A program made the position numbers and the translations under genes. DNA of 63,355 nucleotides, the filler included, from Octopus bimaculoides (Eukaryota): assembly GCF_001194135.2 (NCBI RefSeq). It is 5 parts of 5 records of this genome, joined end to end, with 100 filler letters (N's around TTAATTAATTAA, not from the genome) between each part and the next. Parts side by side here need not be neighbours in the genome. Positions count along the whole stretch, not along the records: positions 1 to 24,119 come from NC_068997.1; positions 24,220 to 36,080 come from NC_068990.1; 3 more parts are not named here. The stretch is one strand, 5' to 3'. Shown here piece after piece: positions 11,907-24,279 of the stretch (the first letter of the stretch is position 1; each line of letters opens with the position of its first letter). The notes under the pieces are model-generated. The model saw only the letters and a program-made list of their open reading frames with translations, did no database searches and was not told the DNA's origin.

Positions 11907-12671
11907 GACTGCTGAGGACATGCGTAAGCTTGCAAGGAATGAAGCCAGTATGCTCCGCTGGATGTGTAATGTCAATGTGCATACCCGTCAGAGTGTAAGT
12001 ATCTTGAGAGAAAAGCTGAACATAAGAAGCATCAGTTGTGGTGTGCAAGAGAGACGATTGCGCTGGTTTGGACATGTGGTGAGAATGAATGAGGATAGCT
12101 GCGTGAAAAAGTGCCACACCCTAACAGTTGAGGGAACCCATGGAAGAAGTAGGCCCAGGAAGACCTGGGCTGAGGTGGTGAGGCAAGATCTTCGAACATN
12201 NNNNNNNNNNNNNNNNNNNNNNNNNNNNNNNNNNNNNNNNNNNNNNNNNNNNNNNNNNNNNNNNNNNNNNNNNNNNNNNNNNNNNNNNNNNNNNNNNNNN
12301 NNNNNNNNNNNNNNNNNNNNNNNNNNNNNNNNNNNNNNNNNNNNNNNNNNNNNNNNNNNNNNNNNNNNNNNNNNNNNNNNNNNNNNNNNNNNNNNNNNNN
12401 NNNNNNNNNNNNNNNNNNNNNNNNNNNNNNNNNNNNNNNNNNNNNNNNNNNNNNNNNNNNNNNNNNNNNNNNNNNNNNNNNNNNNNNNNNNNNNNNNNNN
12501 NNNNNNNNNNNNNNNNNNNNNNNNNNNNNNNNNNNNNNNNNNNNNNNNAACTCTGCCAAATCAGACTGGAGCCTGGTGTTGCCATCCGGTTTCACCAGTC
12601 CTCAGTCAAATCGTCCAACCCATGCTAGCATGGAAAGCGGACGTTAAACGATGATGATGATGATGATGATG
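11906..12671 (+). mobile_element. 5'-truncated RTE-clade LINE (end of ORF, gap, then 3' tail)
   Basis: EASMLRWMCNV...QERRLRWFGHVVRMNEDSCVKKC...GRSRPRKTW is the typical RTE ORF2 C-terminus; (GAT)n tail at 12650-12671. Confidence 0.9.
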
Positions 12672-12674
12672 ATT

Positions 12675-13100
12675 AAGGCGGTGAGCTGTCAGAGTTGTTA
12701 GCACACTGGGAAAAATGGTCAGTGGCGTTTCGTCCATCTTTACATTCTGGGTTCAAATTCTGCTGAGACTGACTTTGCCTTTCATCCTTTCGGGGTCAAC
12801 AAAATTAAGTACCAGTCAAGTTCTGGGGTCGATGTAATCGACTCATTTCCTCCTCCGAAATTGCTGCCCTTGTGGCAAAATTTGAAATCCTTATGATTAT
12901 TACTATTGCAGTGAGCTGGCAGGATTGTTAGCTAAGTGGCATTTCTTCTAGCTCTCTTCGTGTTCTGAGTTCAAATGTCAGTGAAGTATTTTCGGGATTA
13001 ATGAAATAAATACCAGTTGAACACTGGGGTTGATATAATTGACTTATTCCTCACTCCACCAAAATTGCTGGCCTTGTGCCAGAATTTGAAATCATTATTA
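12675..13100 (+). mobile_element. Two tandem SINE type A copies
   Basis: Two ggcggtgagctg / gtgagctggcag heads, each followed by the type A core; (ATT)n tail. Confidence 0.8.
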
Positions 13101-13116
13101 TTATTATTATTATTAT

Positions 13117-13482
13117 TACCTCCGCATTAGTGAAGGCAGAGGTATTGTTTTCAGTTGTGTTTGTTTGTTGGTCTGTGGATAAGATATCTAAAGAACCGCT
13201 GGATGGATTCGGATGAAACTTCCAGGAATGTTTGGCCTCATGACTGGCATGAACTGATTAGATTTTGGGATCGATCTGGAACCAACCAAGGATTCTGGAT
13301 TATTGTTTCTGTTTTTTTTACTTAATTTTTAAGAGCAGTTGGGTTCATTTTTAGTATTCCCATTTATGAAAGCAGCTGAGTTTATTTCAGATATTCTCAT
13401 TTTAAAAATCATCTCCGGCTAATCGTTGAGAGGACATTGGTGTTGCCTTGGTGGAGGTTTGCGCTCTCTGAGTGCTCTTGTT
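13117..13482 (+). mobile_element. Non-autonomous Helentron-type (DINE/HINE-like) element
   Basis: 5' acctccgc...gcagaggt subterminal inverted repeat, (TGTT)n, 3' ggtggaggtttgcgctctctgagtgctcttgtt; inserted in an (ATT)n tail. Confidence 0.65.
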
Positions 13483-13526
13483 ATTGTTAATATCAAGATG
13501 GCAAGCTAGCTGAATTGTTGGTACAG

Positions 13527-13575
13527 CACAGAATAATAATAATATCCGGTTTATTATTATTATTATTATTATTAC

Positions 13576-13626
<51 letters not shown>

Positions 13627-13876
13627 CATTATTATTATTTTTGTATGTGGCTAATGAAAGAATTATTATTATTATTATTATTATTATTAGCTCTGAACTC
13701 TACAGAATTTTGTGTTATCATGTGTTTTACATATTTCCTGTCGTTTTTGTCTTAAAAGGGTTACATTCAATTCTCTTTTGAAAAACTGATACACATTAAA
13801 GTGCAGATTCTCTGTTAAGAAACCCCACAAGAAAATATTTCTGTCAAAAAAATCTGCAATTCTCTAAATGATATTT

Positions 13877-13920
<44 letters not shown>

Positions 13921-13945
13921 TATCATTATCATTATTATTATTATC

Positions 13946-14000
<55 letters not shown>
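13527..14000. repeat. (ATT)n and (CAT)n microsatellite blocks
   Basis: Direct inspection. Confidence 0.95.
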
Positions 14001-14001
<1 letters not shown>

Positions 14002-14622
14002 ATAAAAAGGCAAAATAAATCAATCAATATTCATAGCGGGAAGAGACGAAAGCAGGCATTTGGAATTGTCCAATTTGAATGCAAGCAGTGATGCAATCAC
14101 TATGACGACAAAAGACATTGACGTCATTGCCATGTCATATTCTACTTTTACACTGACGTCACTGCAAGATGACAAGAATAACTGCAGCAGCAACTACCAT
14201 CTCCACTTCCTCTCCCACCACTGTCACCAAAGCAACAACAATAATAGCAAAAATTTTTAAAAAACAGCACAAACAATACCAAGGAAAATAAGAAAGATCC
14301 AGAACAGTAACAATATCTATTTTGATCAATTTCAATGAAAAGATTCCCCCCCCCCCACCAGCCCTATTTGTTGCAAGGCAGCAGCAGACACTTGTCCTCC
14401 AAGAAGCCCTCTACCATAGGATATGAGATCAAAAGGTTGAAGTCATGCCTGTGGTTGTGGGTGTCTTGGAGATAATAAAAGCAAAAATAAAAGAAAACAT
14501 GAATTGCAAAACTTGGAATTAAGACTCTTGGAGAACATCTTTCAATACCAGCCCACCTACCTGCCTGCCTGCCTGCTTTCCTGAGACAACCATGGTTCTA
14601 TGATATGACTTTCATGCTTTAA

Positions 14623-14849
14623 CCCTTTTGATACCAAACTGCCTGAGGCCACCCCTTGGTTCAATGACATAAACTTCCTATTTTAAAGTGATCTTAATTA
14701 AAACCTTCCATCAAAATCTCTTATAAATTAATGTTCTATATATTTAAACTTAATTACAGCTATGTTATCTTACTAAGTTTTTTTTATTCTTTTTAAAATT
14801 AATTGAAATAAAGGTAACGTATTCTAACAGGAATATGGTAACAAAAGGG
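14623..14849. mobile_element. piggyBac-type MITE with TTAA TSD
   Basis: ttaa|cccttttgatacca ... tggtaacaaaaggg|ttaa (TTAA at 14619-14622 and 14850-14853). Confidence 0.85.
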
Positions 14850-15114
14850 TTAAAGTGATCAAAATTAAAACATTCCATCAAAATTTTGTGTTGGTTTATG
14901 TTTCAAGCATAAGCTTAATGACAATTATTTTTTTAAATTCTTCATTGTTTTCAAAATAAATTGTAATAAAATCAGTGCATTTCAATAGAAATTGAACAAC
15001 AGAAGTGTTGAAAGACGGTACAATTAGGAATGGTTTGGACTCTGAAGAGGGTTCTTGGAATATAAGGGAAAAAAGAAAATCTGTGAGATATTAATATTTG
15101 TATCTCAACATAAG

Positions 15115-15435
15115 CTGGCACTCTGTCTCTTACGACGACAAATGTTCCAGTTGATCTGATCAATGGAACAGCCTTCTTGCGAAATTAATGTGCAAAGAGG
15201 CTGAGCATTCCACAGACATGTGTACCTGTACTGTAGTTCTCAGGGAGATTCAGCGTAACATAGAATGTGACATGGCTAGCCCTTTTGAATTACAGGTACT
15301 ACTTAATTTTGCCAGCTGAGTGGATTGGAGCAACGTGAAGTAAAGTGTCTTGCTCAAGGACACATTGTGTCACCAGGAATTGAACTCATGACTGCAAGGT
15401 TGTTAGCTGAATGCCCTAACCATTAAGCCACATGC
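15115..15435 (-). mobile_element. SINE type C (tRNA head plus CORE-like domain)
   Basis: Minus strand tggcttaatggttagg...gagttcaattcc...gtgtccttgagcaagacacttt...ccactcagctggc. Confidence 0.75.
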
Positions 15436-15499
15436 TTTTTACTTTCAACATAATCAGCATAAGACTGGATTTCTGAAGCAACAGCATCCATAATAACAA

Positions 15500-15940
15500 T
15501 TGTTTCAAATTTTGGTACAAGGCCAGGAATTTTAGAGGTAGGGGTTAGTTGATTACATCAACCCGAGTACCTGACTGGTACTTAATCTACCCTTGAAGAA
15601 TGAAAATCAAAGTTGACCTCAGCAGGATTTGAGCTCAGTATGTAAAGAACTGGAAGATGTGCCAATAAGCGTTTTGTCTGACGCACTGGAGATTCTGCCA
15701 GCTTGCTGCTTTGAAGATGATGAAAATAATTCTTTCTGCTACAGGCACAAGGCCTGACATTTCGGAGGAGGGGGCTAGTTGATTACATTGACCCCCAAGT
15801 GCTTGGCAGATGCTTATTTTATTGACCCCCAAAGGGATGAAATGTCAAGTTGGTCTTAGTGGGATTGAACTCAAAAACTAGAAGAAATACTGCTTAGCAT
15901 TTTGTCCTGTATGCTAACAATTCTGCCAGCTTCTGGCCTT
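15500..15940 (-). mobile_element. Two SINE type A copies
   Basis: Reverse-complement type A core, twice. Confidence 0.75.
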
Positions 15941-15947
15941 AATAATA

Positions 15948-16302
15948 AACAAGAACACTCAGAAAGTGCAAACCTCAACAAGGCAACACCAATGTCCTCT
16001 CAATGATTAGCCAGAAATGATTTTTAAAATGAGAATATCTGAAATAAACTCGACTGCTCTCACAAACGAGAATACTAAATATGAACCCAACTGCTCTCAA
16101 AAATTAAGTTAAAAAAAACTGGAAAAATAATCCAGAATCCTTGGCTGGTACCAGATCGATACCAGAATCTAATCAGTTCATGCCAGTCATGAGGTCAAAA
16201 ATCCCTGAAAGTTTCATCCAAATCCATCCAGCGGTTCTTGAGATACCTTATCCATGGACAAACAAACAAACATAATTAAAAACAATACCTCCACCTTCGC
16301 TA
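15948..16302 (-). mobile_element. Second Helentron-type element, inverted relative to 13117-13482
   Basis: Collinear reverse-complement match across the full length. Confidence 0.7.
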
Positions 16303-16319
16303 ATAATCATAATAATATT

Positions 16320-16860
16320 GGTTTTAGATTTTGGCACAAGGGTAGCAATTTTGGAGGAGGGGGTTAGTCAATTACATTGACCCCAGTGTTCAGCTGGTAC
16401 TTATTTGTCGACCCCAAAAGGATGACGAGCAAAGTCGATTTGGCAGAATTTTAAATCAGAATGGGAAGATGGACAAAATGCCGCTAAGCATTTTGCTTGG
16501 CATGTTAACAATTCTGCCAGCTTGCTATCTGCAATAATAATAATGTGAAGTTGACCCCGGTGGAATTTGAACTCAGACAAAATACTGCTAAGCATTTTGT
16601 CCAGTATGCTAATGACTCTGCCATCTAAATAATAATAATCCTTTCTACTTTAGGCACAAAGCCTGGATTTTTGTGGGGTGGGGGATAATCGATCACATTG
16701 ACCCCAGTACTTGACTGGTACTTAATTTATCGACCCTCAAGGGATAAAAGGTAAAGTCAACGTTGGCAGAATTTGAACTCAGAACGTAACAACAGGTGAA
16801 ATACTGGTAAGCATTTCGTCCAGCACGCTAACGATTCTGCCAGCTCAACACCTCCAATAA
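16320..16860 (-). mobile_element. Cluster of 2-3 SINE type A copies
   Basis: Repeated gacccc...aaagtcga/caa...ttgaactcagaacgt...gattctgccagc. Confidence 0.8.
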
Positions 16861-16863
16861 TAA

Positions 16864-16894
<31 letters not shown>

Positions 16895-16916
16895 AATAAT
16901 GATGATGATGATGATG

Positions 16917-16964
<48 letters not shown>

Positions 16965-17674
16965 GCAGTTCAGCTACGTTTTGTATGTGAAAATATATTT
17001 ATTTGTTTTTCAAACATATATAATAATTTTGTCATCAAATGTTTCCATGGAAGAAAACATATTTTAGACATAAATATAAAAATATGATAATGTTTAATAT
17101 CACATGAAAATGTGATATTAAACATTATAAATAGCAACTTGAAATACAAAAGAACAGACTCATGAGACTTGTAACTATGTTTACCATGTTGAATAATTAA
17201 TAAGAAAAAGAATTATTTTCAGTAATGCTTATTGATAACACTAAGCATTTTTGATATACACCATGTACAATTTGTTATATCCGTGTTGTACGTACAACTC
17301 AAGAAATGATGAATTTATCAAAAGATGTGAGCTGGAATATCTCATAAATTTCAGATGTGGATGACAGTTAAAACAAGAGTTTCCTAGGGAGAAAGCTGGG
17401 GGATGAAAATGATCTGATCAAATGTGGTTCAAAAGACACATACCCTCTGGCCATAAAAAAGTCCTTGTAGAGATTTGAACTCAAAATCTTTTATAATGCT
17501 GACTAAAAGTTCTAAAGAGTTCCAAAAGGCTTTTAAGAACAAAAATTAAGCTTTTTTTTTTGTCTGTCACTGCCTATCTAAAACTGACATCAAAGATAAT
17601 TGGCTGGAAAAATGTAAATAGGTGTTATAAAAAAAGTTCAGTAATGTAGCCAAAATAACTCGTCAATTTTGGTT

Positions 17675-17840
17675 TCAAATTTTGGCACAAGGCCAGCAAT
17701 TTCAGGGAGCTGGTAAGTTGATTACATCAAGCCCAGTGCTCACTTAGTATCTGAACTCAGAACTCAGAATGTAAAGACGGATAAAATTCTGCCAATTATT
17801 TTGCCTGGCATGCTAACAATTCTGTGAGCTTGCCACCTTA
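17675..17840 (-). mobile_element. SINE type A, internally deleted
   Basis: ttttggcacaaggccagc...gaactcagaatgtaaagacgg...aattctgtgagcttgcc. Confidence 0.65.
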
Positions 17841-18654
17841 ACTCTCTCAATATTACCAAATATGATATTATTTCTCAGCAATTTTGATTTTCAAACTTTA
17901 ACATACCAGGCTCAAATTTGAGGGAGGTTTCCAACTATGGACTCAAACTACAGTTACCATTTGCTGGGCAATTGTATCACCTATCTCACTACAGTAGTAT
18001 TTTTAAGTGGACAGTAGTGTTCACTTCGCCACAAATGAGCCAAAGGTATCAAGATTTGCTATGGAAGGGAGTATGTTGAGTGTTTAGAGGGAGTTGAGAG
18101 TTTTCTTAGAAATAAAATATTCAAATATGTTCCTGGCTTAAATACATTTTAAACACATTAAAAAAAGTCTGATGGGATTAAAATACGAATGGAACATATG
18201 ACTGATCCTTCACCAAGGGTCAAAACAATGCGATGGGTTGTACTGGGTTACATGTTACCAATAGCATTAAGAGTGACCTGACGTACATACATATGTAGCA
18301 TCACTGGTGGGGGAGCATCTGGTCCAGGTGGCACATTTTGGTCTGTTGTATAAGCTTGTATAGAGGGCAAAGGAGGCAGACTCAATGACTGTCCTTGGCA
18401 CTACTGACAAACATACATAAGACAGGCTTCCATGCAGTCTCCAAATCCTCATTTCACTCAAAAGGAATCAATCAGTTTGAGGTCATAGTAGAAGATATCC
18501 AAATTCCATGAAGGAGGCACCAAACTGAAACCATGTGTTTTGTGATGCAAACTTCTTAGCAATACAGTTATGCTTGTGCTTGATCTTCTAAAACTGCCTT
18601 GCTAAAAATTATAATTACTTCTATATACTGCTTTAATTAAGGACCTTGTTAAAA

Positions 18655-18870
18655 TGGTAAGCTGGCAGAATCATTAGCACACTAAACAAAATGCATGGTG
18701 GCATTTATTCCATCTTTACACTCTTAGTTCAAATTCTGCTGAGGTCAGCTTTGCTTTTAATTCTTTCAGGGTTTATGAATGAGTACCAGTTGATTACTGG
18801 GGTTGATGTAATCAACTAGCTCTCTTCCCCAAATTTCAAGCCTTGTGCCTATAGCAGCAAAGATTATTTA
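18655..18870 (+). mobile_element. SINE type A
   Basis: gctggcagaatcattagcac...gttcaaattctgctgaggtcagctttgc...ccttgtgcct. Confidence 0.75.
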
Positions 18871-19539
18871 GGGACGTTATGTCAGCAATGAAAACAGACA
18901 TAAAATGATGATGAAGATGATGATGATGTTCAATTTCATCAAACTGATTCCAGTATTTCAAATTTTCGTCCAAAAATTTTCAAAAAGAGAAAAAAGGTAA
19001 TTTTGATGTAGTTTTGCAAATTTAAGATCCTTAATTAGTTTATCTATGGTATCGCATTTTCTCATTAAATTTGTAACTAAATTAGAATGACCATTTCAAG
19101 GAATTTGAAGGAAAAAAAAGGCTGTCGTTAGTTCTTATTAATTTCCTTGTAGAGTGTTATCAAAAAGCACTTCATACATGTTACATTTTCCACAAGAACG
19201 AAGATTGGACAAGTGTTAATTCCTAGAATAAAAGGCAATCCTTCGGTATTAGTACACTACGTCATTCACCCACACAACCTTTCCTCATAAATAAAGAGGC
19301 TTGGCTGAAAAGAAGGGTGAATGACGTTGTCTCCTCACACCGATACTCGGTAGACCAATATAGAAGGATCGCCGAATAAAGATTTGTGATTTGAATAGAT
19401 ATATATCTCCCAATCAACAACCGTTCTATAATGGTAAAGATATATCTATAAAGATAATTCAATAAATACTTTTACTTCATCCATCCGCTCACTGTTTTGT
19501 TACTAAGCCTGATTGACCGGGGCACGTAAAAATAGGGTA

Positions 19540-19620
19540 TTTTAGACACGTGTACCATCAAACGTTCGGAGTAGGGTTTGAAAACTTCACCAATGAGTCA
19601 TGGGATATATAAGCAATTAA
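19540..19620 (+). promoter_or_regulatory. Candidate TATA promoter
   Basis: CACGTG at about 19547, CCAAT 19590-19594, TGAGTCA (AP-1 consensus) 19594-19600, TATATAAG 19606-19613; motif evidence only. Confidence 0.3.
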
Positions 19621-20228
19621 TTCACTTGGTCATCACAATTTTTTAAGTTATACCCAGAAGGCCCTTGTCTCCAGTTGCGTTTAATGACGCTACTATTAGC
19701 GAGTCCCGTCTTCATCACGAGGCCTTTTAGGAGATAATAGGTTTATATTGTAAAACAGGGAATTATAAGCGAAGCGATGGAATTCCATTAACAAAGAGAC
19801 ATACAGACGGCAAGTGATTAAAGAAAAAGAAGGAAAAGCTTTAAAAACATATTAAAAAAAAAAACTATAACCAAAAGTGCCGGATTAAAGAATGGTCGTA
19901 CAATGAAGACCAAAGTAAGAGGGCTAAGATACAAAGGATTTAAAAAGAAAAACGAAACCAAAAAAAACTTCAAAGTGTGTGTGTGTGCGTGAAGACGTCA
20001 CGAAAATAATTCTCTATCCAGAAGAAGAAGAAGAATGAAAAAGAAATTTGATAAAAATATGGAAAAACAATCGCAGTTTGGTTATTCTAATTTGAGTGTA
20101 AGAAAACAAGATTTATTTTACGAGATGTTCTTAGGTACAAAAATTAACTTTATTGCTTAATATTCATCCATAAAAGTGAAACTATAAATACATCATGATA
20201 AAGTTCAGAGAGATATGTGTATGTGTGC

Positions 20229-20292
<64 letters not shown>

Positions 20293-20894
20293 AAAAGAGA
20301 ACGGGTTTTGAAAATGAAAATTGTCAGATGATATGAAGAGGTGTCTAATTTCTGAATAATTGATTGGAAGGTAACAGGTAATATTATGTTCCTGCAACCC
20401 GCTTTTCTATGAGCAATCACCGACAACAATTGCTTCTGTGTATAAGTTATCAATAAATGGCAATCTCATTAATACCATGCATTCGTTGCTTATCTCTCTC
20501 CTTTGTTTGTTTGTAAGCTTGCGTGCGTACAGACACACACACTAGACATATACAACAAATATATATATATATGTGTATGCGTGTGTGTATTATATATACA
20601 TGTATGTATGTATGTATGTATAGTGGTGTAGTTACAAAAACGGATATTGAAACTTAATCTGGGGAGGTGGTGAATGACGGCCGTTGAAAACGAAGTCAAT
20701 CGAAGTAGACGGAAAAAGAAATTATAGTTACATACATACACGTGTGTGTATAATAGAGAAACGCCAATGCCACCGCAATTTATTTATGACTATTTGAGAT
20801 CGGTTCCTGAAATAGGTGTGTGTGTGTTTCGATATCTTAAGGTCGCTGTTAATGATTTTGCTAGTTTAGAAACGTATAAAGCACCAATCAAGGT

Positions 20895-21768
20895 GCATTG
20901 ATTGCTTCTCGGAGGCGTTTCGGTAGCTGAGAATAATACAGCCCTGTCACGGTGTGACCCTTTTCAAGGTAATCGATCAGCAAGACACCTTGAGAATCCC
21001 CAAAAAACGGACGTCATGACCTTGCCAGCTGAAGGAATGACCCTGGCCTTCTTTGGGGTAGGAGAAGATGTGTGCTTCCACTGCTTTGATTGTTCTTTGG
21101 TTTCAGGCTGGTAGTGATGGACCTAACTTTCGTCCGTAGTAATGAAACGAGCAAGAAACTTCTCTTCATCAGCTTCAAACAGTTCCAGATTGCTCGTGGA
21201 CAAAGTGCACCTGGTGCGTTTCTGTTCAGGAGCCAAAAGGCGAGGGACCCACCTTGCAGAAACCTTTGAGAAACCAAGTTCTTTTGTCACAATGTTGTCT
21301 GCTCTTTCAGTTGAGATGCCCAGTCTCTCGGCTATCTGACAACATGATATTCGGCGATCTTGCATTTTCATGCCAAGAGCAAGGTCAAGGTTGTCCTTCG
21401 TGGTTGCAGTTGGAGGTCTCCCTGGCCTTGGATCATCTTCCACACTCTCCCTGCTATGCTTGAATTCATTTACCCAGCGTTTACCTGTTGCATATGAAGG
21501 AGCATTGTCTGTTAAGGTTCTCACCATATCTTCATGGATTTCTGATGGAGTCATGCCTTTCAAATGAAGGTACTTTATGACAGCATGATACTCAGTTTTC
21601 TCCATTTTCCTTGTAAATTCGAAAATCTGCAACAAAAAAAATTAAAATATCAGAATCATGAAAATGAGCAAGAATACTCCGAAAAGACTGTACTTACCAG
21701 AAAAAATTGTTTCAACTATATAGCAGCACCGATTCTAGGTTAGGCTCAAAACTTTTCAGATACCCCTC

Positions 21769-21769
<1 letters not shown>
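20895..21769 (-). mobile_element. mariner (DD34D-type) transposon, 3'-truncated and inactivated
   Basis: 5' TIR TA|cgaggggtatctgaaaagtttt at 21771; ATG at 21605: MEKTEYHAVIKYLHLKG...SARWVPRLL...FITTDES, then TAG in place of W, then VHHYQPETKEQSKQW...GKVM..VFW; a frameshift leads to DSQGVLLIDYLEKG. Confidence 0.92.
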
Positions 21770-21826
<57 letters not shown>

Positions 21827-21834
21827 CATACATA

Positions 21835-22716
21835 CTAGCAGAGAATCCGGCGTTGCATGGGATTAAAATGGCATCGTTTGTATATAATATATTACAGTTA
21901 TGTTGGAACAGGTGATATGGGAAAGAGCAGCTTTGACAACAAAACATTTGTGGAGTAAATGCTGGGTTCATTCGACTAAGCAACATGCTATGTGTCCGTT
22001 TGGAGTATTTCAGGCCCTAACCTGTGATGGAAAATTGGTAGTGGGGTTTATGTGATTTTTGAACGCACCAAAAAGCTTTCAGTAGATATACTCTCGTTTG
22101 CAGCAGTCAGTGCTGTCTCTAACACGACCCATCGTCTGAAATTTTAACACCTCCTTCGGGTTCGTTGTCCTACATCACTTATAAAGTAAATTTGGAGGAA
22201 CTGTTGTTCATTTGTGGGTAACAAGGAACCAATGAAGTGATAGACTTGCCCTTGAACTTTGACGTCGGCGTAAATTCATGTTTATCTATCTTCTTAGATG
22301 CACCAAACGATGTCATTTGAAATGCAGAGTTGTATTGTCTGATATTGTTGTGCCTTCTAGAAAACCCATAAGAGGTTGAGAAGGAGCTAGTAGTGCTGGC
22401 AATGTTATCTGACCGCCTGAGCAGCACATACCATTTGAAAATTTTAAAGCTCTACAGAAACAATAGTTTGTGTTTAGCACATCAATTTGGATAGAGTTAT
22501 CATTTTTATAAGAATGGGATGGATCATATCTGAAAACAGCTTCAGAAGTTGTGAAGAGAACATTAAGATAAAATTTTGCGAGCCCAGACAAAGTTGTTGA
22601 GAGACAGGAGAATGCTTGAGATTCTTGCACTAACCTGGCACCACCACAATCTCTGAAGATCCCATTTTACGTTTTTTCTTTTCTTTGTATCCTAATCTTT
22701 CAATCTTCGAGTATTT
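21835..22716 (-). mobile_element. Helitron RepHel remnant with 3' terminus
   Basis: C..CRALK...GMCCSGGQITLP and NIRQYNSAFQMTSFGA...FTPT are conserved Helitron motifs; 3' end cccatgcaacgccgg...ctgCTAG|T (CTAG 21835-21838). Confidence 0.85.
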
Positions 22717-22724
22717 GCCTAATC

Positions 22725-22791
22725 CAGCGTTTTTCAAATTTGTGTGTCCCAACCTTTCAGCGGGTCGTGAAAGAAATGAAATTGGTCGCGA

Positions 22792-22824
<33 letters not shown>

Positions 22825-22932
22825 AAAAAAACAACGCAACTGGGTGCAAAGTGTAGAATATGAACCAGCGTTTTTCAGACTGTGGGTCCCGACCCTTCAG
22901 TGGGTCACGACAAAACAGCTTGAAAAACGTTG
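22725..22932. mobile_element. hAT-type MITE with perfect 8-bp TSD
   Basis: TIR cagcgtttttcaa / ttgaaaaacgttg; TSD gcctaatc at 22717-22724 and 22933-22940. Confidence 0.92.
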
Positions 22933-22959
22933 GCCTAATCTTCCATGTAAGTGCTTCAA

Positions 22960-23175
22960 ACTTTGACAGAAGGCCAATAATTTTATGGGAGAAGGTTATT
23001 CGATTTCATTGACCTTTGTTCTTGATTGGTAATTTATTTCATTGACCCCCCCCCCCAAGGATAAAAGGCAAAGTTTGCCTCAGTGGGATTTGAACTCGAA
23101 ACGTGGAAGAGCCAGAAGAAATACCCCTAAGCATTTAGTCTGTGTGTGTGAACGATTCAGCCAACTCACCGTCTT
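22960..23175 (-). mobile_element. SINE type A
   Basis: aggataaaaggcaaagtttgcctcagtgggatttgaactc...gattcagccaactcacc. Confidence 0.7.
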
Positions 23176-23936
23176 TATACAATAAAAAAGGTTTGATAAT
23201 ACTCTTGTAATCTTAAAGTTTGATAATTCTCTTGTAATCTGTCGGGCCTTGTGCCTTGAGTAGAAAAGAATGCTCTTGTAATCTTGTCTTTATCTGATTT
23301 TAGCATTTCTTTTTGAAATTCCATCTAATCTAGAAGCCTGTCTGTTTTTTTTTTAATTGCTCATTAGCTGTAGTTATTTAATGAAATATCTCTCAACATA
23401 TACATTCATATAGATTCACTCCCAGCTCTTCTTGTAGTTCAGAAATTATTAGAGAAATTCCATTAAATTCCTTTTTCATGACTCTACGAAAACGATTGCA
23501 AAGTCTCAAAACAAATATTTTGTTGTTGGTTCTTCACAGTTTACTTAAAAAAAACAAAAACCAACCAAAATGTAGTTACACATTGCTGCAAAAGAGCCAC
23601 TTTTTCTTGTCGTGCAGTTCAGTTTTTCATGACTTGAGCCATGAGACTGTTCGTTCAACTTGGTCTCAAAACTTTTTGAACTAAAGTTTCGTCTTGCGCA
23701 AGCAAAATGTAAAACTCTAAACGAACTTTAGATGAGCTCAATTATATTTGGGACATATTTGGACCTGAAATAGTTTTTTCCTTGCAATTTGCCGTGGAGA
23801 ACAAATTCTTGCTTTAGGTGAAAAGGTGTAAGAACACCATAGTCAGCTCAGAACGCCTTTTATAAACTGATAAAAGCATGTCTAGCTTCTGAGCTGTCTT
23901 CAGTATAGCTGTAATCTATAATATAAATTGAAGTCA

Positions 23937-24119
23937 TCATCATCATCATCATCGTTTAACGTCCGCTTTCCATGCTAGCATGGGTTGGACGATTTGACTG
24001 AGGACTGGTGAAACCGGATGGCAACACCAGGCTCCAGTCTGATTTGGCAGAGTTTCTACAGCTGGATGCCCTTCCTAACGCCAACCACTCAGAGAGTGTA
24101 GTGGGTGCTTTTACGTGTC
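23937..24119 (-). mobile_element. RTE-LINE 3' end, young
   Basis: Near-identical reverse complement of 12549-12671; runs into a gap. Confidence 0.85.
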
Positions 24120-24279
24120 NNNNNNNNNNNNNNNNNNNNNNNNNNNNNNNNNNNNNNNNNNNNTTAATTAATTAANNNNNNNNNNNNNNNNNNNNNNNNN
24201 NNNNNNNNNNNNNNNNNNNCTATTCCGAAAGGGAGGGGCCCTGCAGAAATTTGTGAATAAAAGGAAGCGTCAGAGAGAG

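Noticed and set aside
23380-23930. Non-repetitive-looking block possibly encoding a transposase remnant
   Set aside because: No frame gave a recognisable motif by eye; left unannotated pending a profile search.
24164-24175. TTAATTAATTAA island inside N-runs, repeated at 36125-36136, 52372-52383 and 55466-55477
   Set aside because: At 24164 it is centred in a 100-nt block (44 N + 12 + 44 N), the other three look the same, and it has stops in all six frames. This is an artificial gap spacer, not biology.
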